DNA from: Eledone cirrhosa
Taxonomy: Eukaryota
NCBI GenBank assembly: GCA_964016885.1
Contig: OZ024741.1
Location: 138,074,001 to 138,138,000 of the forward strand
Reading direction: 5' to 3'
Length of the DNA: 64,000 bases
The position numbers were made by a program, and so were the translations under genes. This document shows positions 24,252 to 37,494 of the stretch, in pieces. Below the pieces are notes generated by a model that saw only the letters and a list, made by a program, of their open reading frames with translations, was not told where the DNA came from and searched no databases. Positions within the stretch are counted from its first letter, which is position 1, and the number at the start of each line of letters is the position of its first letter.

Positions 24252-24336
24252 CATCTATATTAAAACTTTTATACTCTGCTATGTATTGAGTACCTTATTT
24301 ACTGTGATTACCTCCGAGTCAACCCTGAATAACTTA

Positions 24337-24406
<70 letters not shown>

Positions 24407-26493
24407 GTATTAGGGTTGGTACCCTGAAATAGCGATGTATACATCAATGTATGTATAGTATATTTGCCAATATACATTATGTTTAATTTAAAACATTTAG
24501 AAGACCATACGCTATCAGTTTTAAAGTAATCACTATGTCCCTTACTTCTTTTCGACGAAAGAAGGGTTCGAAGCTGACAGTCTGCAGACTATTTTGTTCA
24601 CTTTTCTCGATTTTATTCAGCTACTTGACAGTCAATATTCCATGTAGAACGCTTTGAAAATAGTTAAGTTAACTTTTAAATCGCAGTTTTACTATACATT
24701 CCTTAAGTACTAATAAATCCCGCTAAACCAAGCCCCTACTCACATTCCTGTATGCTTTAAACCAGCCCCGGACACATCCACCAGTATTGGGAAGAAAGAC
24801 GTCATTACGCTGAACGAAGCTGCCATATTACGTAGTTTCTGTATAATGAAACTATTAACATCTGTAGAGACGACAATCGCATTACGTGCGCCACACCTTA
24901 CTTGTGTACCTGAAATAGACACCCCCACAAACGTCCCAGTGAGATGAATATAAGGCTTAACATGCTTGTGTGTGTTAGCATTGCCAGACTTGTTTAAACT
25001 CAAGACGGATAGCAGCCATCATTCAATATTTCTATATATAAAAATAACACACATCTAACCTAGTTTTGATTAACTTTACACAGTGTTATTGTTAGCACTA
25101 ATTTATACTGCTGAGTCAAGCTCGACATTTTGGTCATTATACTTAAACAGGTCTTGTTTGATTAACAAGTCTGTAGGAGGACATTGTTTTTAATACTTCT
25201 GTATCTTGGCGTAGGTAAACACCGTGTTTAATGAATAATATTTCTGCAATACATATATACAACACTCATACACCAATAACGAGTTTAAATAGCGATTTGC
25301 TAGTGCATTTATATATCGGTTTACGTTTTACTACAGCATGAATCTTTTTGATTTAAGTGATTCTTTAACAAATTTCTATGGAAGGACCTTTTCTGTGATT
25401 CCGAAAATTTGGAAAAAATTAGTTATAAACTTACTATCTTATTATTATGTTAGTGTTTAAAACATAACATAGGTTTTTACATAACATTTTGATGGAAGAA
25501 TTTTAGATAAATATAACTACTTTAAAACAAGTAGTTTTATATTATAGAACCTGTGTCGATTTCAGCCGGGTTGGTATCAAAAGAATTGATATGCATAATT
25601 GTATGCATATGTTCAAGAGAATGCTTACGGAATTATAGTTCAAAAGTTAAAATCAAATTCTCAAAGCTTGTACATTTTACTTTGTATTACATTATTGAAA
25701 CGGAACGAATTTTTTTCCCGATAAATTGTGAAGATATAGTATTTTACTTGCAGCAAATCGGTAATTACTTAAAAACTTATAGTCCATAACGACATTAGGC
25801 GATTGACATTAAAGCACGACATCAACCGCATCAATTTGCAGTTTGTAATCGATTTCTATGAGAGACGTAATTATAATGAACTTAGCTACTTACATGTTGG
25901 TGAATCATGCATGGCGTGATAAAATATTCAAGAACAATATCGATATGCAGCGAAATATTTAAATTTATATCGTCAATATTTAGCCGTGGTTCACATTCAA
26001 GCTTACAATCCGAATATATGAATATTACATTGCAATTATATTCCATACTTAGTACGTCTAGTATAGCGTTTGATAGTAAATTAAATTTTTAGTAAAATAA
26101 AAATTCATGTACAAATGTTATTTTCTTAATCGTTCAAAAGTTCGGCTAATTAATTTAGTAATTATAACCTTCACCAAAACTTAATAAACATCGTTAACAA
26201 AAATAAACACAACAGCAAAAAGACATCAAAATATGATGTAGAAAATAATTGGTTCTTTCGAATTATTTGTCTTAGTGAGTGATGAAAAAATAACCACTCT
26301 GAAAATGTTCGCATATACAGCATAGATGTGCCAGGACTGCGATCTTCGGAATAAGTAGCAGATGCACTAATACAGCGTTATTCTCTATGCAATCATATAT
26401 GAAAGCATATGCAATATGTTTATACAAATTAAAATATACAAACCTCACTGTGAGTATTTTAAGAAGTGATCATACAATAGCTACAACAGTAGC

Positions 26494-26538
26494 CGTGAGA
26501 AACTAGTGTTTCGGGATTTTTATCCTTCATCAGTCACG
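26494..26538 (-). ncRNA. Degenerate type-I hammerhead motif
   Basis: Minus strand: CGUGA CUGAUGA aGGAU aaaa AUCCc GAA ACACUAGUUU C UCACG; stem I is perfect and stem III is one change from the palindrome ACACUAGUGU. Confidence 0.62.
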
Positions 26539-27049
26539 TCCATTCACTCAGCTATAAAGAAAAATTCCCCGACATCTTACATATAGATTTTTATAAATAA
26601 TACATTTTAGAATCTCATTTGCATATAAACCCTGGGCTAGATGGATTGGTATTAAAGGGTGTTATTAAGGAATATCCAATATGTTTATTATATGAAAATA
26701 TAATGTAATCTAATCTCAACACTGGGGCCACTGGAACCCCTTAGTGAAAAGTACATATTTCCAAGACATACCGGATTGCGAGTGACGGCTGTAGTTATGT
26801 TTGTATAGACATGAATGTAATAGTTCAACATTTGACATATCTCGCCGTGGATTGTTGTTAAAATAGTACGGATGTGCGAATTATTGGCATTTCCATGTGT
26901 TATGAATATATAACGTGATGCATGAATATCAGGATGGGGAGGTATCAACTCCTTTGTTCCGGTGTTAAAATGTAAGTGTCTTGACAAAATCTGCTTTTGA
27001 ACAGTTTCGTGGTTAGACACACACAAACATACACACATAAACACACACG

Positions 27050-27200
<151 letters not shown>

Positions 27201-27252
27201 ATATATATATATATATATTGCTTCAAGCAAACTACAACATTCTATTATTATT

Positions 27253-27290
<38 letters not shown>

Positions 27291-27849
27291 GGAATAGAAT
27301 GAAACGAAATTTCATTTCTCACTCTTAGTACGGCACTTACTTAAATGTAAGTATGTATGTATACGTATATACATATATGTATACACACGTACAGTAGCAT
27401 GTATATATATATACATACAGGCACACATATATATATGCACGTATCAGTTTACCGAACATTTATTATAATGCTCGGTTTGTTCGTTTGTAAACAAACAAAC
27501 AGCCTGAGTTACGCCGTACAGTGTTTAGGCAAACACGTCACCTTTTTGTTCAACACTGACACAGGAACGATGTACTAGTTTCAAGCTTATTAGCTATCGT
27601 CAGCACCGTATACCTTCTGACCCGGTCAAAAAATCAAAAAACCAAAAATCAAAATCAAAGCAGCACAGCAACAACGAAAAACGCAAAGAAAAGAAAAATG
27701 AAGAGAAACACAAACAGACGGACAGAGAAGGGAAGGGAAAAACTAAGTCAGACAGTCAAACATTACATTACAATGAAACTTATGCTTATTCTTTTTTGGT
27801 TGTTTTTTTTGCCTGTTTGTTTGTTTGTTTATTTATGTTCGTCTACAGC

Positions 27850-30800
27850 GTGATAGTGCCATACAAAAATCACCGGGAGTGATGAAATCACCGGTGGTTA
27901 TGTAACCATACATTCACCAATCCTCGATAAGAGTGTTTAAATATCGAACCTAAACAGTTCGAATAATGGTGAAGTGGAGACTAGAATGTCATGTGGCAGA
28001 CTCTCACCCAGCAGGTGCTCCCTGGCTCAGCAGCAGGGACCTGGCTGTCAACGAAATACTGCTGGTGCCGGAGGAAGAAGAAGAAGGAAAGGGACCAGAA
28101 CCAACTGGACGAAAGAATTGAATAGAACTGTTATGCAATGTTACCTGAAGAGTAACCCCGAGGAGAAAGACTATAGGAAACGGATGCATAACATCTGGAA
28201 TGAGATTGGTCTATTTAAATTAGATGAACAAAAATTGGCCGGACAGGCTCGGGTAATAAGAACTAATGGGTGGATAAGCGAGCTGGAACTAGAGGAACTG
28301 AGCAGAGAGATTAGCTTGGAAATGGAGAGTGGAGTATGCCAGGCAAACCAATCAATGGGAAATGAAGGTGAAGAGAGTGAGAGAACGGAGGAACCATCCG
28401 AAGCAGACAATTATCTGAATGCTGAAATAAATAATACCTGGAACAAAGATACGGCCATTGAGGAGATGAATGCTGACGGGCTAGGACAAGATTTGGTTGA
28501 TATCCTAAACTTACTGGTAGATGAATTGAACAATGATAGTGGGAGACCTATGAACCTAAGATTTGTAGACAGGAAAAAGTTAAAAGAAAACAACAGCTAA
28601 GGTAAACAAAGCCATCCCATACCTTGAGGCGAGGAGCCTTCACCAGTGCAACAATATCATCAAAGCAACAGCAAATGCGGTGAGGAAATTACTTGGTATA
28701 AAAGCGAGAGGAAACAGCAAACATGAAAGATCAGAGCCTTGGTGGAAGAAACGACTGAGTGGTCAAATCAGGGAAATGAGAAATGACATTGGAAAGCTTG
28801 AGTCCCTACTGAATGGGACACATAAAAACATAGACACTAAAAATAGACTGGAAATAAAGTATAAAACTAGGAGGAAAAAGCTAAATATTATCATAGAGGA
28901 ACTGAAGCAACGCATTGTAGCAAAGAGTGCAAAAATTAGGCGATACGAGAGCAGAGTCAGTCAGTATAGACAGAACAGCATGTTTGACAACAACCAGAAG
29001 ATGCTGTTTGGAGAGCTTGAGGGGAAAGAAAGAAGCAACGACTTGATCCCTGAGGCGGAACAAACTAAAACATTCTGGAGAGGAATATGGGAGCAGGATG
29101 TTAAACATAATGACTAGGCAGTCTAGATTGAGACAGTACAGAAGGAGATTAGTGAACAGGCACACGTAACAAACTGACTTGAGTATCACAGTTGAAACTC
29201 TTAAGGGGCAGGCCAAAAAATTAACCAACTGGAAATCACCAGGCCCAGATGGTGTGCAGGGGTATTGGATTAAAAATATAACATCCCTCCACCCGAAACT
29301 GACAACCATGTTCAATGACTGCTTGATGTCAGGTGAGGTTCCAGAGTGGTTGACAAAAGGTACCACAGTTCTGGTAATGAAGGACCGAATCAGGGGTAAT
29401 CATGTTACCAACTATAGACCTATCACATGTCTGTCCGTAATGTGGAAACTGTTCACAAGCATTATGTCTGAGGAAATCTACCATCACCTCCACACAAACA
29501 ACTTGTTACCGGACGAACAGAAAGGATGCCGAAAGAAGTCCCGTGGTACAAAGGACCAGTTACTTATTGATAAGATGGTAATGAAGAATTGCAAGAGGAG
29601 ACACACTGGTCTTGCCATGGGATGGATAGACTACAAAAAGGCATTTGACATAGTGCCTCATTCTTGGATTACCAAAAGCCTACAGATCTTCAAGGTGGCA
29701 GATAACATCAGACAGTTGTTGAGCAAAAGTATAAAGTCCTGGAAAACAGAGTTAACATCAGGCGGAGAATCCTTGGGAGGCCTGAAGATCAAGAGAGGTA
29801 TCTTCCAGGGAGATAGTTTGTCCCCTCTGTTGTTTGTCCTTGCCCTGATGCCCATGACCATTATACTGCGAAAAGTGAGAGCAGGATACAAGTTGGGAAA
29901 TGGAGAGCTTACCATCAATCATCTCCTCTTCATGGACGATCTTAAGCTCTTCGGAAAGAGCGAGAAGGAGTTGGATGTGCTTGTTGACACTGTCCGTATT
30001 TTCAGCAATGATAGATGTATGCAATTTTGTATTAGTAAGTGCGGAGTCCTTGTGATCAAGAGGGTTAAATTGAGCAGAAGCAAAGTGCCAACAGGTGAGA
30101 TCCAGGTGCCAACCGGTGAGATGATAAAGGAAATTGACACTGAAGAAGGATACAAGTATTTGGGTGTTCTGGAGGCTGATGACATCAAGAACAAAAAAAT
30201 GAAGGAATTGATAAAACTGAATACATTCGGAGAGTAAGGAGCGTATTAAAGTCACATCTGAACAGTAGGAATGCCATAAGTGCAGTAAATTCCCGAGCTG
30301 TGTCTATTATTAGGTACAGTGAGGGAATTCTGAGATGGAATGTTGCTGAACAAAAAGAAATGGATAGGAAGACTAGGAAATTATTGACTATCTACAACAT
30401 GTTCCACAAGAGGAGTGATGTCGATAGACTCTACTTAAGGAGATCTGAAGGTGGAAGAGGTCTTATCAGCATAGAAGACTGTGTTCAGATGGAGAAAAAC
30501 AACCTACACAAATACGTGACTGACAGTAAGGAGCCAATGCTCAGAACTGTACTGAAGGAGAGGACAATAGACCGGGGGATGTCCAGGGAGGAAATAACAA
30601 CAAGGAGAAAGAGCAGCCTTCAGGAAAAATCCCTTCATAGTACCTTCTTTGAGAAAACTGAATTCAGAGATCCACAGACATGGAACTGGTAGAAAAGAGG
30701 AGACCTTAAAAAGGCTACAGAAGGAATGTTAATGGCTGCGCAAGAGCAGGCCCTCAAAATGAAGTGGTTGAAACACCATATTTACAAGGAGGAGGCTAGC

Positions 30801-31270
30801 CCACTGTGCAGGATCTGTGGAGAGAGAGAGGAGACTGTGGCTCACATTGTATCCGAGTGTAAACACCTAGCCCAGACTCACTATAAGGGCTGGAGACATG
30901 ATGTGATGGGCAGGGTGATCCACAGGCACCTATGCAAAGTAAACAATTTACCACATTCTGAGAAGTGGTATGAGCATAAGCCAGAGTCGGTGATAGAAAA
31001 CGATCAGGTGAAGGTGTTGTGGGATTTTAGGATACAGACGGACAAGAAACTGGAACACAATAGACCTGACCTGGTGGTTTTGGACAAAGAAAAAAGATCG
31101 TGCCTGATTGTGGATGTGGCCTGCCCATTCGACACGAGAGTGCAAGAGAAGGAGAGGGAGAAAATTAACCGATACCAGGACTTAAAGTGGGAGTTAAAAA
31201 GGATTTGGAACTGCCATGAAGTCAAAGTGGTCCCGATTGTCATAGGCGCACTAGGTACTATCTCAAAAGA
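27850..31270 (+). mobile_element. R4/Dong-type non-LTR retrotransposon (RT + CCHC + restriction-like endonuclease), multiply disrupted, 3' end missing
   Basis: N-terminal WTKELNRTVMQCY...YRKRMHNIW; RT motifs WKSPGPDGVQGYW, NYRPITCL, EQKGCR, WIDYKKAFD, GIFQGDSLSPLLF, HLLFMDDLKL, YKYLG; CRICGEREETVAHIVSEC; RHD...RPDLVV...DVACPFD...EKINRYQDL...PIVIGALG. The 5' boundary is approximate. Confidence 0.9.
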
Positions 31271-34200
31271 TGGGTACAGGGTCTGCCCCCCCCCACCTAA
31301 TAAAATGGAGCATCGGCGCCTATGCACCGTGTTGTATCAAACAATAAACGTAAAATCGCGCCGAGTGGAACGGGCATCCGAGTCCCAAATCCCAAAAGCT
31401 TTGGGACATGTGTGGGCAAGAAAAACCCACATCAGACGTGGGCAGAAGTATGGAACCGTGGACGTGTTCTTTGAAACACCAGAGGAGGCTAGAGAACACT
31501 CCATGGCCCCATTAAGAAGTGACGACTTCACACTCGTCCCAAGCTATTGTGGCCAGAGACTCGTAAAGATCAGGGTGTCCCACGTTCCACCGGCCATCGA
31601 AATTCCCTGGCTAATAGCGGCCGCCCTCGCCGGCATCGAGGCCAGCACCAAAATAATAGAAATAGCAAAAGAAAAGCAGGAGAACTGGTCCGCATCTGGG
31701 ATGGAGCTCCTGATCCAAGCGGACCAAAAAAGCATTGAGGAGATCCCAGAGGTAATACACCTCACTGACGGCAGCCACCTCACCGTAATTGTCGAGGGCA
31801 GAAGGCCTAGGTGTGTCGTTTGTGGTGAAGGAACCCACCTAAGCGCTTTCTGCCCTCAGGCTAAAAGGTTGAGGCCACCTCTCTTACCCGCCCTAGTGAC
31901 ACAACCATCAACACCACCAGTAGCAGAGATGGCAGCAACAACAACAGAAGCAACTTTAACAGTAACAACCCCAGCAACAGTAGCAAAACCAACACCACCA
32001 CCACCAGCAAAACCAACACCAACACCACCACCCAACGCTTCAGAACTATCACCAGAGCCTACACCATCCACCACGCCACAACCAAAACTAACGCCTGTAG
32101 AGGATTTTCCACTCCCCGGCCTATCACAACTGGAGACAGATTGTGACGACGAGGAGTGGGAAACGGTATCAGGAAAAAAAAAAGAAACCAAAAAAGAAAA
32201 AATTCTCTTCCTTCCCCCTCCAAAAACAAAATACAGAAGGTAACAAATAAATTAACAAACAAAAAAGTTAGGACAGATATGCCACCATCCACACCAGCAT
32301 CACCAACCCCACCAACCCAAATACCAACACCATCACCATCATTAACCCCAACACCACCATCACCTACACCACAAAAGTCACCAAAATGCGAAACAGAAAC
32401 AAACCCACAACAAACGCAAACAAAACAAAACAACCAAAACGATACACACTACACAGCATTAAATTTGAACAAGCAATTATTACACTACATTCAACACAAC
32501 ACCAGCATCACAGAAAAAGACTACACAACAACCCAAAAATTCACACCTCCTCCATACATACAAATCACTCGCATCACACAGAAAACGTACATGACACTAA
32601 AACAAAAATTCCCCAAAGACATCGGAGACTTCCGACAAGCACTCTCCAGGAGGGATGGACTTTAGTGTCTACCTCGACGGACTGCCGCGGCTTTCGGCCA
32701 CTGAGGCGGAGTGTTGCGAAAAGCCGATAACAACCGCTGAAGTACGGGAGGCAATGACTGGCTGCACAAGGGGTAAATCGCCTGGTTTGGATGGTCTGCT
32801 CTATGAACTTTACGTACAAATGCCAGACTTGTTCGGAGGTCTCTTGGCGGACGTCTACTGAAACTGGCAACAGAACGGGAGAATTCCCAGCTCCGTGAGC
32901 CGAGGAGCGGTGGCTTTGCTGAGAAAGGATCCAAACAAGGGGGATAACATAGATAATTTTAGGCCCATAACTCTGCCAAACACAGAGTTAAAGATTTTGG
33001 CCAAGGTGCTAGCAAAGAGGTTGGCGATTGTCGTTGGTGGTTGGTGGGAGAGGCACAGACATGCGCCATTCCCGATAGATCCATCCACGACAACCTCCAC
33101 CTCATGCGATACATCGTAGAGAGGATAGCTAGGGAACCTGGCACGGGTGGGACTTTGATCAATTTAGATCAGTCGAAAGCCTTCGATAGCGTCGACCATC
33201 GTTACCTAGCGGCAGTCCTGAAGGCGGCTGGCTTTGGGCCCGTCTTCAGAGGCTGGATCGCTGCCATGCACAGCGACATCTGCTCTGTAGTGAGAGTGAA
33301 AGGCCACCTTTCGGAACCGTTCAACATCATGCGCTCGGTCCGCCAAGGATGTCCCCTTTCGTCCCTATTGTACGTATTGCCTCTCGAGCCATTACTGCAC
33401 AAACTGGAGACGTTGAGGGGGGTCCCGCGCGAACTAAGATGCGGAAGATCCGTGTCAGCATATGCGGACGATGTCACCGTAGTGGTGTCGAACGCCAAAC
33501 ACATCGAGGCGATCGGCACTACACTAAGAGAATACGAAGCGGTGACAGCAGCAATGGTCAACCAGGAAAAGTCAGTGGGCCTGCAGCTCGGCACCTGGAG
33601 AGGCAGGTCCATGCCGTCCAACAGCGTCGTCGGGCGCTGGACGGACGCACCGCTTAAATTGCTAGGGCTCTGGTTCGGTCCGGACCTCCAGACGGACAAA
33701 AACTGGGACGAGGTAACGAGCAGGGAGGCTTCTCTCACCCAGAAATGGGCGGAGAGGAAGCTATCCCTGAAAGGTCGAGCGGAGGTGGCTAACGCGTACA
33801 TCGCGTCTGTCATCTGCTACCGCCTGACCGTCGTACCTTGTCCTAAGCCCCGCCTGACTGCGCTGGAGCGTTTGCTCTTTCGCTTCTTGTGGAAGGGACG
33901 CGCTCCGATGGTCAGGCGGTCCATCTGCTGTCAACACCCGCTACGTGGAGGGCTGGGCATGCCGTGGCTGATGATGCGCAGACACGCGTTCAGGCTACGA
34001 CATCTCCACCTCTTCCTCGACGGTGATCAGGTGTGGTCGCCGTTTGCTAGACACGTTTTTCCCCAGCTTGTCTCCTTGACGGAGCTGCAGCCCTGGGTCA
34101 AGCGAAGACCGAGAGGGAGCGCTTGGAGACTGGAATGTCTTCAGGCGCTCACAGCCCTCGACCAATAGGGCAATGTGATCGGTGGAAACTCCACCTTGGC

Positions 34201-35091
34201 GTTCTATAGGGGATTAGTGGAGGGTAAGAGCGACGACGTACTTGGAGAAACTCTAGGCGTCGACGAAAATCAACTAGCCAATCTCTTCGGAAGGACTTTC
34301 GGGCCGGGGCCTATGGACAACTTCCAGAAATCCCTGGCCTGGCAGTGCTACCGGGGAGCTTTGCCAGTTCGGGATAAACTCTACAGGCATGGAGGTGCCG
34401 TCAGCCGGGAATGTCCGAGATGCGCACAGGGCGACGAAACCGTCCTGCACGCACTCGTCCAGTGTCCGAGCATTGCTGACTTGTGGGTTTATGTCGAACA
34501 CCTGCTGTCACGTGTAGGACGGATCCAGCTATCAGCTGAGTCCATCGTGAGGATTGCCCCACCCTCTGCCTTTAGCCGGGAAGGGCAGGCAGTTTTTATC
34601 TGCCTGGTGGCCATGGCGAAAGAGATAGTATGGTGGACACGTTTGAAAGGGCTGAAGACGAGCACTTACCTCTTCGGTGATGCCCTAATTAACTTTTTCA
34701 AATTTCATTTGAAAAGGAAAATCAGGGTAGAGAGGGAAGTGCTCACTTCCCAGCATTTTGTTGAAAGATGGGTGAGAGAAGCAAGTATGGCCCGAATGAA
34801 TGGGCCTTCTCTGAGTATATGTCTGTAAATTAAAGGTGGAAAACTGGGAGAGGGCACTTGCCCTGGTGCTCAGGGTCACTGTGGTCTTTTAATGGGCTTT
34901 CTCCACTAATGTCCCTCGGAAGTCTCCTCCCTATTTGGGAATTTTTCTTTATTATTTTATTACATCCTCTGTTTTTTTACACGCAGAAATGCCCATTTGT
35001 ACCGTCCTGTATTGTCCTGTACTGTCCTTAATGTCTACTTTATGTAAACCCTTGTGGTTAATAAAGAAAACATTATTATTATTATTATTAT
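31271..35091 (+). mobile_element. Tx1-like (L1 clade) LINE, copy 1: 5'-truncated ORF1, endonuclease region deleted, RT and C-terminal zinc-binding region, (TAT)n tail
   Basis: ORF1 zinc knuckle CVVCGEGTHLSAFC and Pro/Thr-rich tail; RT motifs KSPGLDGL, NFRPITL, LDQSKAFD, SVRQGCPLS, AYADDV, GGLGMP; CPRC...ETVLHALVQC; AATAAA then (TAT)n. Confidence 0.88.
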
Positions 35092-35907
<816 letters not shown>

Positions 35908-37494
35908 AATTGAGATCAATTTGTTATTGCATGGAACACAATAAACTAATTATGCGGTTTCAAAATCTTTTTTAAGTCGACAGTTGCTGGTCTTGAAACA
36001 ATTAACATATTTTAAATAGAATGTGTATTTTTTCCCATTCAATAGATTACTATCCGGTAATGTTTGTACAATTATTCTCACAAAATAATGACATACAATA
36101 CTATACAATATATAAATCTTGAATAATTTAAATTAAACTATTAAATTTATAATAGCTGGAATTTCACTTTCATAATCTATTAATTGGATATATTGTTTTG
36201 TTCATAATGGCAATGTTTCATTAATGATATTTGCGATATTGTTCTGCCACTGTATGATTACTTGTCTACAGATACAATCAATTGTTAAAATTGAATTTAT
36301 TCGTATGTCTGCTATGAAACATCACCTCATTTGTTCTCGTAGATTTTTCTCCCGTAATTACATCAAATTATACTGCGTTCACATTCCGAAAGAATTAATG
36401 TAAGGTGTAATGCAGTTTTTTATTGTCAAGCTAGCACTGACATGTAGGTACTACATGGTAAGATTTTTGTTATTGTTAAATTAATATTAGTATTTATATA
36501 AGTTGTGACAGGGTGTGTCATTGTAAAGTTAATATTAATATCTAGGGTATCTATGACATATTTATGTAATTATCACTAAATTCTCAAATCAACTACTATA
36601 CATATGCCATGTTGTTTTTATTGTATACTATACATATGCCATGTTGGTTTTATTGCATACGTAGAGAGGTTGAATTATCGGGTGTATAAAAACCGAGGTT
36701 GACTTCTCGGACGTATTCACACATCCAGCATTTTGTGTCGTTCGTTGCCAGTTTCCTAACAATAAGAGATGTTCTCACTTTAGACACATTTTAATTAACA
36801 GAATAACTTTGTTTTTTTAGTTGTCACTGTTTTGAGACGAGCTGTGGTTGTATTGATGATATTTAGGAACGTGTTTCGGCACATTTAACGTAAGGAGCGG
36901 ATGATAAGGTATATGACTTTATCTTCTTTTGTTAGGTTTAGGAGTTTCTTTTTGTTGTATATCACACTGTTCTTGGAATCATTTTGGCTTCAGATGTTGG
37001 TATTTCATGAAGATATTAAAAAAGGATGGGGAACTGAGGAGTACGAAATAAGTACCCGCAACTTATAGCAGATGGATATTTTAACGAGGATCAATTTTAC
37101 GACGAGAAATGTATGATATGGAAGCTATTAAAAAGAAGAAAACATTTTGAATACGAATGGTAATTTTCCAGCTTAAAGATAATATAACATATTAAGATAA
37201 TTTGCTTTATTATAATATTTTCTTCAAGCTATACATTATGTCCCGAAATATTATTTAAATGAACGAGCTATTATGAAAATGCATATGAATTATTAAAAAT
37301 GTGTATTGTTGATTATTCATAATTTATCTAACTTGAATAATATATATGTATGATAAACGTTATATATGTTTTCACTAACTATATTTATTTAACCAGACAA
37401 AGAGCACAAGGACGGAAAGATTTTTATCTATATTATATTTCATTATATATCTATATTATATATCTATATATATACCTATATCTATCTATCTATC

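Noticed and set aside
27895-27975. Possible HDV-like ribozyme at the 5' end of the R4 element (ttcacca/tggtgaa stem, TCCTCG loop motif, tcgaac/gttcga hairpin)
   Set aside because: The position is suggestive because R4-type elements can carry one, but I cannot form P1, P3 or P1.1 and the catalytic C is absent. It needs a family consensus to evaluate.
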